The notes under the pieces are model-generated. The model made no database searches, was not told the DNA's origin, and worked only from the letters and a program-made list of their open reading frames with translations. Of a DNA stretch of 29,731 nucleotides, positions 18,762-27,200 are shown in pieces. How positions within the stretch are numbered: the stretch's first letter is position 1; the number at the start of each line of letters is the position of its first letter. Origin of the DNA: a virus (taxonomy: Duplodnaviria > Caudoviricetes); IMG/VR virus record IMGVR_UViG_3300017767_000074, positions 1 to 29,731 of that record, one strand, 5' to 3'. A program made the position numbers and the translations under genes.

Positions 18762-19334
18762 ATGGCTACTACCAATACAGGTATTTCAAAATTCAAGTCA
18801 AACTTTAGCGGTGGAGCGAGACCAAACCTCTTTGAATGCAGAATTCAATTTCCGGATGACAACGCTCAGCTACAGAATGAAGCTAGGTTCCTTATTAAAG
18901 GCGGCTCAATTCCAGCAAGTGTTATTGCTCCGATTGAAGTTCCTTTTCGAGGCCAAAAACTAAAAATTGCGGGAGACCGTACATTTGAGCCTTGGACCAT
19001 TACTGTTATTAACGATGTTAATTTCAATCTTCGTGATGCGTTTGAAAAATGGATGAACCGTGTTAACAATCATGAAGCGAATGTTTCTGATGATGCAGTT
19101 GTCGGTCAACACTTAAATTATTTTCGCGAAATGGAAGTAATTCAACTTGACCGCGATGGTGATGAAGGAGGTATCAAAGCATATACCTTCATTGATGCGT
19201 TTCCAACAAACGTTAGCGCAATTGAATTAAATTACGAGACAAACGACGCTGTTGAAGAATTTACAGTTGAGCTTCAATATCAATACTGGAGAGCATTTTC
19301 CGGTGGCGAAGGCGGAGAAGAAATTACTTCTTAA
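18762..19334 (+). CDS. gp19: Tail tube protein gp19
   Basis: GGARPNLFE, IEVPFRGQKLKIAGDRTFEPWTITVIND, FPTNVSAIEL, EEFTVELQYQYW. Confidence 0.97.
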   Translation: MATTNTGISKFKSNFSGGARPNLFECRIQFPDDNAQLQNEARFLIKGGSIPASVIAPIEVPFRGQKLKIAGDRTFEPWTITVINDVNFNLRDAFEKWMNRVNNHEANVSDDAVVGQHLNYFREMEVIQLDRDGDEGGIKAYTFIDAFPTNVSAIELNYETNDAVEEFTVELQYQYWRAFSGGEGGEEITS

Positions 19335-19360
19335 GCATCGTTCAGTGTAACTCAATTAAA

Positions 19361-19400
19361 GAATTATTTCGGAGGTCCAATCCCTCCGGAATAATTTCTG
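19361..19400 (+). terminator. Long stem-loop after gp19, probable intrinsic terminator
   Basis: GAATTATTTCGGAGG-tccaatc-CCTCCGGAATAATTT; about 15 bp including G-U pairs. Confidence 0.75.
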
Positions 19401-19416
19401 TTATATATAGAATTGT

Positions 19417-20913
19417 ATGAAGATATTTGGACTTGACATTTCACGAAGGATTAAAGACGAAAATAACGAAAAGGAGGAAAAGATTTTACCATCGTTTGCT
19501 CCTCCCGTGGAAACCGACGGAAGTCAGGTCATTTCTGGAAACAGTACAAGCGGATACTATGGTCAAGTGCTTGATCTAGATGACGCTAGCGTTGGTAACG
19601 AAAGAGACGCTATTATTAAGTATCGCCAAGCTGCTGTTCAACCTGAATGCGATAACGCTATTTCAGATATTATTAATGGAGCTATTGTAGCAGATAGCTC
19701 CAGCGTTCCGGTTAATCTTTCAACAGATAATCTCGATATTCCTGATAATGTTAAGGATTTGATTCGAGCAGAATTTGCTAACATCTGCAAACTTCTTTCG
19801 TTTAACTTTAATGGGCAAGATATTTTTCGCCGATGGTATATTGATGGTAAGCTTTATTATCATCTGCTTATTGATCCTGATAACATTAAAAGGGGTATTC
19901 AAGAAGTGCGAATGATTGACCCTCTGAAGATTAAAAAGATTAAAGAGGTTAAAAGTAAAACCGATACAGAAACTGGTGTTAAAAGCCATTACGTTGCAAA
20001 AGAATACTTTCTTTACAGCGATAGTTTAGGATCAAGTACAAACGCAATTAAAATTGATCCAACAAGTATTGTTTATGTTCCAAGCGGCAACCTTGACGAT
20101 GGCGGTAAATATGCCGTTTCATATCTTCACAAAAGCGTTAAACTTGTAAACCAACTTCGTATCATGGAGGATGCGTTAGTTATTTACCGTATTTCGCGAG
20201 CTCCCGAACGCCGAATCTTTTACATTGACATTGGTAACCTTCCAAAAGGAAAAGCTGAACAATATGTTCAAGGTATTATGAGCAGGTACCGAAACAAACT
20301 TGTTTATGACGCCACAAGTGGTGAAGTCAAAGATGACCGTAAAGCAATGAGTATGCTGGAAGACTTTTGGCTTCCACGACGAGAAGGTGGACGTGGAACT
20401 GAAATTACAACTCTTCCAGGTGGTGAAAACTTAAGTCAAATTGATGATGTTGTTTTCTTTCAAAAGAAACTTTATCGCTCGCTAAACGTTCCTGTTGGTC
20501 GCCTTGACGTTGAAGGCGCGCAGTATCAAGTTGGACGAGCAAGTGAGATTAGCAGAGAAGAAGTTAAATTTCAGAAGTTCATTAACCGTTTAAGAAAAAA
20601 GTTCTCTATTCTCTTTATTGAAATGCTCAAGGTGCAATGCTTGTTAAAAAACATTTGTACCGAATCCGAATGGCCTGAAATTCGTGAATCAATTTCGGTA
20701 GACTATATTGAAGATAACTTCTTTTCAGAGCTCAAAGACTTTGAAATTCTTCGTGAACGTGTTTCAATGCTTGGAGAAGTGGAACCTTACATTGGCAAGT
20801 ACTATTCAAATAAATGGGTAAGAAGTAACGTTCTTAATCTCTCTGATGAAGACTACGAAAGAATTCAGGCGGAGATAGAAGAAGAACCTCCACCTGAAGA
20901 CGACGGATTTTAG
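19417..20913 (+). CDS. gp20: Portal protein gp20
   Basis: FRRWYIDG, NQLRIMEDALVIYRISRAPERRIFYIDIGNLPKGKAEQY, EDFWLPRREGGRGTEITTLPGG. Confidence 0.98.
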   Translation: MKIFGLDISRRIKDENNEKEEKILPSFAPPVETDGSQVISGNSTSGYYGQVLDLDDASVGNERDAIIKYRQAAVQPECDNAISDIINGAIVADSSSVPVNLSTDNLDIPDNVKDLIRAEFANICKLLSFNFNGQDIFRRWYIDGKLYYHLLIDPDNIKRGIQEVRMIDPLKIKKIKEVKSKTDTETGVKSHYVAKEYFLYSDSLGSSTNAIKIDPTSIVYVPSGNLDDGGKYAVSYLHKSVKLVNQLRIMEDALVIYRISRAPERRIFYIDIGNLPKGKAEQYVQGIMSRYRNKLVYDATSGEVKDDRKAMSMLEDFWLPRREGGRGTEITTLPGGENLSQIDDVVFFQKKLYRSLNVPVGRLDVEGAQYQVGRASEISREEVKFQKFINRLRKKFSILFIEMLKVQCLLKNICTESEWPEIRESISVDYIEDNFFSELKDFEILRERVSMLGEVEPYIGKYYSNKWVRSNVLNLSDEDYERIQAEIEEEPPPEDDGF

Positions 20914-20953
20914 AAATAATAATGGTTTAAACAATATCTAAAACTTTAAAACA

Positions 20954-20961
20954 TATAAATA
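20954..20961 (+). promoter_or_regulatory. Late promoter TATAAATA, 5 nt before ATG 20967
   Basis: TATAAATA-aacac-ATG. Confidence 0.8.
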
Positions 20962-20966
20962 AACAC

Positions 20967-21404
20967 ATGAATAATATTCAACAACTCGTTAATGCCCTTT
21001 CTTTAGGTGATAAAGAAGAGACTAATAAAGCGTTCGCTGAAGTTATGCAAGATAAAGTAAGGCACGCAATTGATGTTAAAAATATTGAAGTTGCTGAAAA
21101 GATCTATAATTCGGAAGAAACGATTGAAGAATCTGCTGAAGTTACCATTTCTGTAGATTTTGCAGCTCTGCTGACCGAGCTTCGCGCAGGTAAGGGTAAA
21201 ACAACCGTCGATGCGGATTATATCGGTGACCGCTTTTTTACAAACGTTTCTCAGCGCCAGTTCAATCTTAAAATCAAACCAACTAGTAGTTCAACAGCTG
21301 ATATAGCTGGTGAAAAGAAAGACATCATTGCATTCTTGCAATCAGATGATTACGGAATGGAAGATAGAGATATTAAAGATCTTTTTCCAGAGCTGTTGCG
21401 TTAA
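20967..21404 (+). CDS. Prohead core protein (gp67-like N-terminus) with extra C-terminal domain
   Basis: Directly after the portal gene; helical N-terminus LVNALSLGD...AFAEVMQDKVRHAIDVKNIEVAEKIYN, then an acidic linker (EETIEES) and a second domain. Confidence 0.65.
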   Translation: MNNIQQLVNALSLGDKEETNKAFAEVMQDKVRHAIDVKNIEVAEKIYNSEETIEESAEVTISVDFAALLTELRAGKGKTTVDADYIGDRFFTNVSQRQFNLKIKPTSSSTADIAGEKKDIIAFLQSDDYGMEDRDIKDLFPELLR

Positions 21405-21458
21405 TCGTTGAAAAAAGAAGTACCCCATTACGAAGTTAATGCGTATTAATTAAAAGAG

Positions 21459-21890
21459 ATGCAAGAAAACCACGAAAAATCATACGACAGCTTGGCGTTT
21501 CTAGCAAAACAAATGCTTGAAGGTAATTATACCAATTCGGTTGATAGTACCGAAGAAGAAATTTACGAAGAAGCAATTGATTCTATTCTTGAAGACGAAG
21601 GTGCTGATATCTCTGAGATGTCCGATGAAGAAATCGAAAAGATTCTTGAAGATAAATTTAATTCATTAAGTGAGATAAAGAAGATCGGTTCTCTTGTCAC
21701 TGTTTCTGGGCGAGCCGATCGTGCCGCAAAAAAGGTGGAAAAAGGCGAGAAGAAAATAGCTGATAGACAAAAATTGGCTAAAGCAAAAGAAACTCTCAAA
21801 AAACAAAAAGCATTGCGTAGAGCACAAAAGCAGGCTAAAAGGCAAGGGAAACCCGTTCCTCTTTCTTATGCAGATGCCGGTATTAAGTAA
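21459..21890 (+). CDS. Putative prohead core / internal head protein
   Basis: Between gp20 and gp21; acidic N-terminal half, very basic C-terminal half; N-terminal motif shared with the next gene. Confidence 0.6.
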   Translation: MQENHEKSYDSLAFLAKQMLEGNYTNSVDSTEEEIYEEAIDSILEDEGADISEMSDEEIEKILEDKFNSLSEIKKIGSLVTVSGRADRAAKKVEKGEKKIADRQKLAKAKETLKKQKALRRAQKQAKRQGKPVPLSYADAGIK

Positions 21891-21896
21891 TTTAAT

Positions 21897-22811
21897 ATGA
21901 AAGACTTTAATAACTCATACGATAGCCTGGCTGCCGACGCTAAGAAAATTCTTGAAGGGAATACTTTAGAGAGTTCAGAAAGTGAAGAACTTGACGAAGC
22001 GATTCATCCTTTAGTTCTTTCTATTTTAAAAGCCGCGGCTATTGCTAGTGGTAAGATGTTGCTTAAAAAACTTTTGGATAAAGCAGAAAACGAAAAAATT
22101 ACACCAAGAGAATACGATAAGATTGCTCCGCAGCTTGATAAAAGTGGTGCACTGGATAAATTAAAGTCGGCCAACCCTAAATACCGTGCGGCAGAACGTG
22201 GAGGAAGAAATCCTTTTGATAGAGGAACACTTGCTTACGAATTGTTTAACGATCTCGAAGAAGAAACGGCTAAAGCAATATCAAATGGTGAAGAGATTGT
22301 TGAAGCAATAAGACCGAATGATGTTTTGGTTAAAAAGCAACAAGACAAATTTGATTCAAGTAGACAACGCCCGACCTTGATGTTTAAACCACAAGAAATA
22401 CTTCGAGGACTTAGAAAAATAGTTTCTCCTGAAGCTAAAAAGGTTTTAGCTGCAGTGTATATGGACGGCAATGAAATTGTTGATAAAAGAACAAATAAAA
22501 CAATCGCCGGCATGAAGCTCAATATAAAATTGTCTGACTTGGCCAAAGATGTTGAAAAATGGACTAAAGCCAATGTAAAACCAAAAGCTGCTGCTGGCGA
22601 CATTAAAAGAGACGGCGATACTCGAGCCATCATTACTATAGATAATGAAATGGCAGCACAGTTAAAAAAATCAATTCATGACGCAAAGGCAAAAATTAAA
22701 GTTAGAGTTATGAAAAGAAAAGATGGCGCTAAAGTTTACATTGATACCAATGATAAAGCTTCTTTAGATTCTGCTCTTGAGAAAGCAGGCGCTATGATTC
22801 AAGTTGACTAA
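21897..22811 (+). CDS. Putative internal head protein
   Basis: Shares SYDSLA..AK..LEGN with the previous gene; Lys-rich domains separated by acidic linkers EELDEA and EEIVEA. Confidence 0.6.
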   Translation: MKDFNNSYDSLAADAKKILEGNTLESSESEELDEAIHPLVLSILKAAAIASGKMLLKKLLDKAENEKITPREYDKIAPQLDKSGALDKLKSANPKYRAAERGGRNPFDRGTLAYELFNDLEEETAKAISNGEEIVEAIRPNDVLVKKQQDKFDSSRQRPTLMFKPQEILRGLRKIVSPEAKKVLAAVYMDGNEIVDKRTNKTIAGMKLNIKLSDLAKDVEKWTKANVKPKAAAGDIKRDGDTRAIITIDNEMAAQLKKSIHDAKAKIKVRVMKRKDGAKVYIDTNDKASLDSALEKAGAMIQVD

Positions 22812-22826
22812 TCCCAATTACCCACT

Positions 22827-23471
22827 ATGAAACTTATTACCGAACATTTAGAAGATCTCCAATATATTACCGAGGAAAAGAATGGTAAAAAAGAAACCTT
22901 TATTGAAGGTATCTTTATGCAAGCCGATAAGTTAAATCGTAATAAAAGGGTTTATCCAAAAGACACACTAAAAGCTGCAGTTGAGAAATATAATAAAGAT
23001 TATGTGAAAACTGGTCGTGCGGTTGGTGAACTTAACCATCCCGAAGGACCTACAATTAATCTTGATAAAGTATCTCACCGCATTACCGAACTTAGCTGGA
23101 ATGATTCTGATGTTATGGGTAAAGCGCTTATTCTTGATACTCCAATGGGTAATATAACAAAAGGACTTCTTGAGGGTGGATGCCAACTTGGTGTTAGCTC
23201 GCGAGGCATGGGTTCGGTATCAAATAAAGATGGTGTAACAACTGTTAATAAAGACTTTATTCTTGCAACGGTGGATATCGTTCAAGATCCTAGTGCACCT
23301 TCCGCCTTTGTTGACGGAATTATGGAAGGTGTTGAATACTTTTTTGAAGGAAACGAAATTGTTTCCCGTGCGGCTGAGCAAGCTAAAGCTGAAATGGAAA
23401 AGCTTACTGCCGCCAAACTAACTTCTTTACAAGAAAGCTTGTTTACAGATTTCTTGAAGAAGATATCGTAA
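22827..23471 (+). CDS. gp21: Prohead protease gp21
   Basis: MKLITE, IEGIFMQA...NRNKRVYP, GELNHPEGPTINLDKVSH, GVSSRGMGS, DIVQDPSAPSAFV. Confidence 0.97.
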   Translation: MKLITEHLEDLQYITEEKNGKKETFIEGIFMQADKLNRNKRVYPKDTLKAAVEKYNKDYVKTGRAVGELNHPEGPTINLDKVSHRITELSWNDSDVMGKALILDTPMGNITKGLLEGGCQLGVSSRGMGSVSNKDGVTTVNKDFILATVDIVQDPSAPSAFVDGIMEGVEYFFEGNEIVSRAAEQAKAEMEKLTAAKLTSLQESLFTDFLKKIS

Positions 23472-23573
23472 AGAATTTTTTACATTATGGATGTTTTGAT
23501 TATAGCATGGGAAATTACTGACTAATATGAGACTGGGTAACATACCCCTCTCCAAACATAATAGAAAACAAAC

Positions 23574-24860
23574 ATGGAAAATACAGATAACCAAGAAGAT
23601 ATTATCGAGGATATCGTTGAGTCCGACTTGCTTTCTCTTGAACAAGGAGAGGTGGAGGAATCCGTCTCTGAAGACGTAGAAGAGATTGCAGAGGGTGGCA
23701 AAACTACTTCTGAAGAATCTGAGCTGAAAAAGGCAAAAGCTGAAGATGCTCACGAAGACGAAGAAGATGAAGAAGCTGCTCCCAAGCCTAAAAAAGCTAA
23801 AAAAGCTGAAGGCGCGCATGAAGACGAAGACGAAGAAGACGAAGAAGAGGAAGAAGAAGAAGAAGAAACTGTGGCTGAAAATGCTCACGCACAACCTGAT
23901 CCAGTAGTTGCTAATAAGCCTGCTGAGGGTGGTGATGCTGATTCTTACCTTAAAGATCGCCGGAAAAAGAAGAAGGGTGAAACATCTCAAGATGCTGAAT
24001 CCGGTGAAGGCGAAGGCCTTGATGCAAAAGAACTAGAAAAAATTGCTAAAGCAAGTGATTCTGAAGAAGCTGAAGGTTCTGGAGTACAAGAAGATGTTGT
24101 TACATCTGAAGATCTTACTCGTCTTGTTGAAGATGAAGAAGGTTTAACACCTGAGTTCAAAGCAAAAGCTGCTCTGATTTTTGAAGCCGAAGTTCGTACT
24201 AAGGTTGATGAAATTACAGAACAACTTAAAGCTGAACATGAAGCTAAGCTCAGTGAAGAAGTTGAAGCGATTAACGAGACACTCGCTAATCAAGTTGACG
24301 CTTATCTGACTTATGCTGTTGAAGAATGGATTGGTGAAAACAAGGTTGCTGTTGAAAGCTCCCTTCGTACTTCTATTGCTGAAAACTTCATGAAGTCTCT
24401 TAAGACTCTATTCGAAGAAAACTACGTTGAGGTTCCTGAAAGTAAAGTTGATCTTTACGGAGAACTTGAAGAAGAAACCACTCAACTTAAAGATGATTTG
24501 GCCAAGTTTAAAGATATCGCTGATACCCTTGCAGATCGTGTTGACGATCTTAATAAGGAAAAGATTCTTGCTGAAGCTACAGCCGATCTAGCCGAAACTC
24601 AAGCTGCTAAGCTTATTAAGCTTGCTGAAGGAGTTGAATTTGATGAGGAATTCACAAAGAATGTGGAAACCCTTAAAAAGTTCTACTTCACGGGTGAAGG
24701 CGAAACACTAACAGAAGAAGCTCAGGAAACTGAAGAAGAAACTGTTGAAACCATTGTTGAAGGTGCAGATGTTGAGGAAGAAACTTCCGATGCTCCTGTT
24801 GATAAAACAATGGCCTCTTACATGGAAACACTTGGACGCCTCAAAAAGAGTGCGAACTAA
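23574..24860 (+). CDS. gp22: Prohead core scaffold protein gp22
   Basis: Acidic; LTPEFKAKAALIFEA, VDAYLTYAVEEWIGENKVAVE, ENFMKSLKTLFEENYVEVPE; lies between gp21 and gp23. Confidence 0.93.
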   Translation: MENTDNQEDIIEDIVESDLLSLEQGEVEESVSEDVEEIAEGGKTTSEESELKKAKAEDAHEDEEDEEAAPKPKKAKKAEGAHEDEDEEDEEEEEEEEETVAENAHAQPDPVVANKPAEGGDADSYLKDRRKKKKGETSQDAESGEGEGLDAKELEKIAKASDSEEAEGSGVQEDVVTSEDLTRLVEDEEGLTPEFKAKAALIFEAEVRTKVDEITEQLKAEHEAKLSEEVEAINETLANQVDAYLTYAVEEWIGENKVAVESSLRTSIAENFMKSLKTLFEENYVEVPESKVDLYGELEEETTQLKDDLAKFKDIADTLADRVDDLNKEKILAEATADLAETQAAKLIKLAEGVEFDEEFTKNVETLKKFYFTGEGETLTEEAQETEEETVETIVEGADVEEETSDAPVDKTMASYMETLGRLKKSAN

Positions 24861-24900
24861 TTACATTTCCCAACTATAACTTATAACATCATATAAAAAA

Positions 24901-26169
24901 ATGTTTAAATCAGAAGAATTAGAAAAGAAGTGGCAGCCCATTCTGGAGTCTGCCGACGCTCCTGCTTTCGTGGACAACTACCGTAAGTCCGTGACTGCAG
25001 TCCTCCTTGAAAACCAAGAAATCGCTGCTCGTGAAACTGCCGCTCAGGCTAACTTCCTTACAGAAACCGCAACTGAAACCTCTTCAATCCAGACATGGGA
25101 TCCTGTTTTGGTTTCCCTGGTTCGCCGTGCAATGCCAAGCCTCGTTGCTTATGACATCGCTGGTGTTCAGCCAATGACTGGACCTACTGGTCTCATCTTC
25201 GCGATGAAGGCTCGTTACAGTACTGATACCGATAGCCCTACTGATCGTATTAATAAAGACGACCAAGAAGCTCTCTTTAGTACAGTTAAAGACGCATTTT
25301 CTGGTGCTGGATCCGATAACGCTCACAACCAAACAGACTCTAACACTGCAACTGGTGCTACTACTGCAACTGCAGAAGGTGCTCCTCCTGCTAGCATGGG
25401 TTTCACTATCGAGAAGCAAACTGTTACTGCGAATACTCGCCAACTTCAGGCTGAGTACACAATGGAACTTGCTCAGGATCTGAAAGCCGTTCACGGCCTT
25501 GATGCTGAAGCTGAGCTTGCTAACATCCTCTCTACTGAGATCCTTGCTGAAATTAACCGTGAGGTTATTGCTAAGATCAACAGTGAGGCTATCCACGGTG
25601 CCGCTCAAGGCGCTTCTGCTGGTACGTTCGATCTTGACACTGACGCCGATGGCCGATGGGCTGTTGAGAAGTTCAAGTCTCTTCTCTTCCAGATCGAAAT
25701 CGAATCTAACGAGATTGCTAAAGGAACTCGCCGTGGTAAAGGTAACTACGTTGTTGTAACAAGTAACGTTGCTTCTGCTCTTGCAGCTGCTGGTGTTCTT
25801 GATTACACACCTGCTCTTAGCACGGATCTTAACGTGGACGACACTGGTAATACCTTCGCAGGTCTTATCAACGGCCGACTTAAGGTTTATGTTGATCCTT
25901 TCACGACTGTCGATTATGCTACTGTTGGTTACAAAGGTTCAAGCGCTTATGACGCTGGTATTTTCTACTGCCCTTACGTTCCTCTCACGATGGTGCGTGC
26001 AGTTGCTGAAAATACATTCCAGCCGAAGATTGGTTTCAAGACTCGTTACGGTCTTGTAAGTAATCCTCTTGTTAACAACGACGCTGTTACTACTGGAGCA
26101 GCTGGTGCTAACAGCAACCCTTACTTCCGTAAGTTCCTTGTTACAGGACTGAATGTTGAGCACAGCTAA
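24901..26169 (+). CDS. gp23: Major capsid protein gp23
   Basis: KKWQPILE, TAVLLENQE, DPVLVSLVRRAMP, GVQPMTGPTGLIFAM, ELAQDLKAVHGLDAEAELANIL, DAGIFYCPYVPL, FQPKIGFKTRYG. Confidence 0.98.
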   Translation: MFKSEELEKKWQPILESADAPAFVDNYRKSVTAVLLENQEIAARETAAQANFLTETATETSSIQTWDPVLVSLVRRAMPSLVAYDIAGVQPMTGPTGLIFAMKARYSTDTDSPTDRINKDDQEALFSTVKDAFSGAGSDNAHNQTDSNTATGATTATAEGAPPASMGFTIEKQTVTANTRQLQAEYTMELAQDLKAVHGLDAEAELANILSTEILAEINREVIAKINSEAIHGAAQGASAGTFDLDTDADGRWAVEKFKSLLFQIEIESNEIAKGTRRGKGNYVVVTSNVASALAAAGVLDYTPALSTDLNVDDTGNTFAGLINGRLKVYVDPFTTVDYATVGYKGSSAYDAGIFYCPYVPLTMVRAVAENTFQPKIGFKTRYGLVSNPLVNNDAVTTGAAGANSNPYFRKFLVTGLNVEHS

Positions 26170-26215
26170 TATTAAATAGCTAAACGTTGTCCAAACACCT
26201 TAGGACGACACCACT

Positions 26216-26250
26216 GGGGGTTACTCGAAAGGGTAACCCCCTTTTTTCTT
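26216..26250 (+). terminator. Intrinsic terminator after gp23
   Basis: GGGGGTTACTC-GAAA-GGGTAACCCCC followed by TTTTTTCTT. Confidence 0.92.
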
Positions 26251-26258
26251 TATAAATA
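26251..26258 (+). promoter_or_regulatory. Late promoter TATAAATA, 5 nt before gp3 ATG
   Basis: TATAAATA-aaaac-ATG, immediately after the terminator. Confidence 0.8.
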
Positions 26259-26263
26259 AAAAC

Positions 26264-26725
26264 ATGAGTGTTGACAATAACTTATTACCAACAAATGGAT
26301 TTAAGGTTCTTATTGGAGGAACCCAAGAATATCCAAAGTTAAATACATTTGCAGTTAAGCTTACCCTTCCATCTGTAAATAATGCTGAAGTTTCTACGCA
26401 ATACAGAAATGAGCCTGGGTTTGTTCCGTCTGAAAGTTTAACTTACGACCCTCTTTCAATAACTTTTCTTTGCGATGAAAAGATGAAAGTATATGACGAG
26501 CTTTACGATTGGATGAAAAACAATACCACATCGTCTACTTTACAAACAGATGACATTATCATTAATTTGTTGACAAGCCATAATAACGTTAGTCGCAATG
26601 TAAGATGTACCAACGCATTTCCCATTGGTATTGGTTCTATTGAATTTGACGCGCAGGGTTCAGAAGTTGGATTTGCAACCTTTGATATCAGCTTTAGATT
26701 TGACGACTTTGAATTTATTGATTAA
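26264..26725 (+). CDS. gp3: Tail tube terminator / completion protein gp3
   Basis: NNLLPTNGFKV, LTLPSV, LTYDPLSITFLCDEKMKVYDELYDWM, NAFPIGIGSIEFD; gp23-gp3-uvsY-uvsW synteny. Confidence 0.85.
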   Translation: MSVDNNLLPTNGFKVLIGGTQEYPKLNTFAVKLTLPSVNNAEVSTQYRNEPGFVPSESLTYDPLSITFLCDEKMKVYDELYDWMKNNTTSSTLQTDDIIINLLTSHNNVSRNVRCTNAFPIGIGSIEFDAQGSEVGFATFDISFRFDDFEFID

Positions 26726-26752
26726 AAGAAAGCTATATATACAGTATAGTTT

Positions 26753-27199
26753 ATGAATATTGAAGACCTTCTGGAGATGTGGGGTGAAGACTCCAAAATT
26801 GACGAGCACAATCTTGACGATACAACCATTCGTGGTGCAGTATTACACAGCAAATATCTTGAGCTTCATTCGGTAGCCAAGTTAAGATTGAAGAAGAAAG
26901 AACAGGACCTTTCCATTCTTAAAAAAGACAAATGGTTGTGGTTTAATGGCAAAATGGATAAAGAAGAAATTGATAAGCACGGCTGGGCTTATGATCCATT
27001 TAACGGTATGAATAAACCACTTAAAACTGATCTTCAACAATTTTACGATTCTGATAAAGATATAATGGATGCAAGTATGCAAATCGAATATCAGAAAACT
27101 TATGTTGAAGTGTGTAAAGAAATACTTGATAACATTAAGTGGAGACACACCCAGATTAAAAACATAATTGACTGGCGACGATTCCAAAGTGGTACGTAA
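26753..27199 (+). CDS. uvsY: Recombination mediator UvsY
   Basis: MWGEDSKIDEHNLD, LHSKYL, KWLWFNGK, IKNIIDWRRFQSG. Confidence 0.9.
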   Translation: MNIEDLLEMWGEDSKIDEHNLDDTTIRGAVLHSKYLELHSVAKLRLKKKEQDLSILKKDKWLWFNGKMDKEEIDKHGWAYDPFNGMNKPLKTDLQQFYDSDKDIMDASMQIEYQKTYVEVCKEILDNIKWRHTQIKNIIDWRRFQSGT

Positions 27200-27200
27200 T

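Noticed and set aside
23478-23506. TTTACA...TATAGC possible sigma70 promoter upstream of gp22
   Set aside because: Poor -10 match and 16-nt spacing.
15175-26169. Introns, inteins or homing endonucleases in gp17, gp20 or gp23
   Set aside because: The ORFs are continuous, of normal length, and show no intein or endonuclease motifs.
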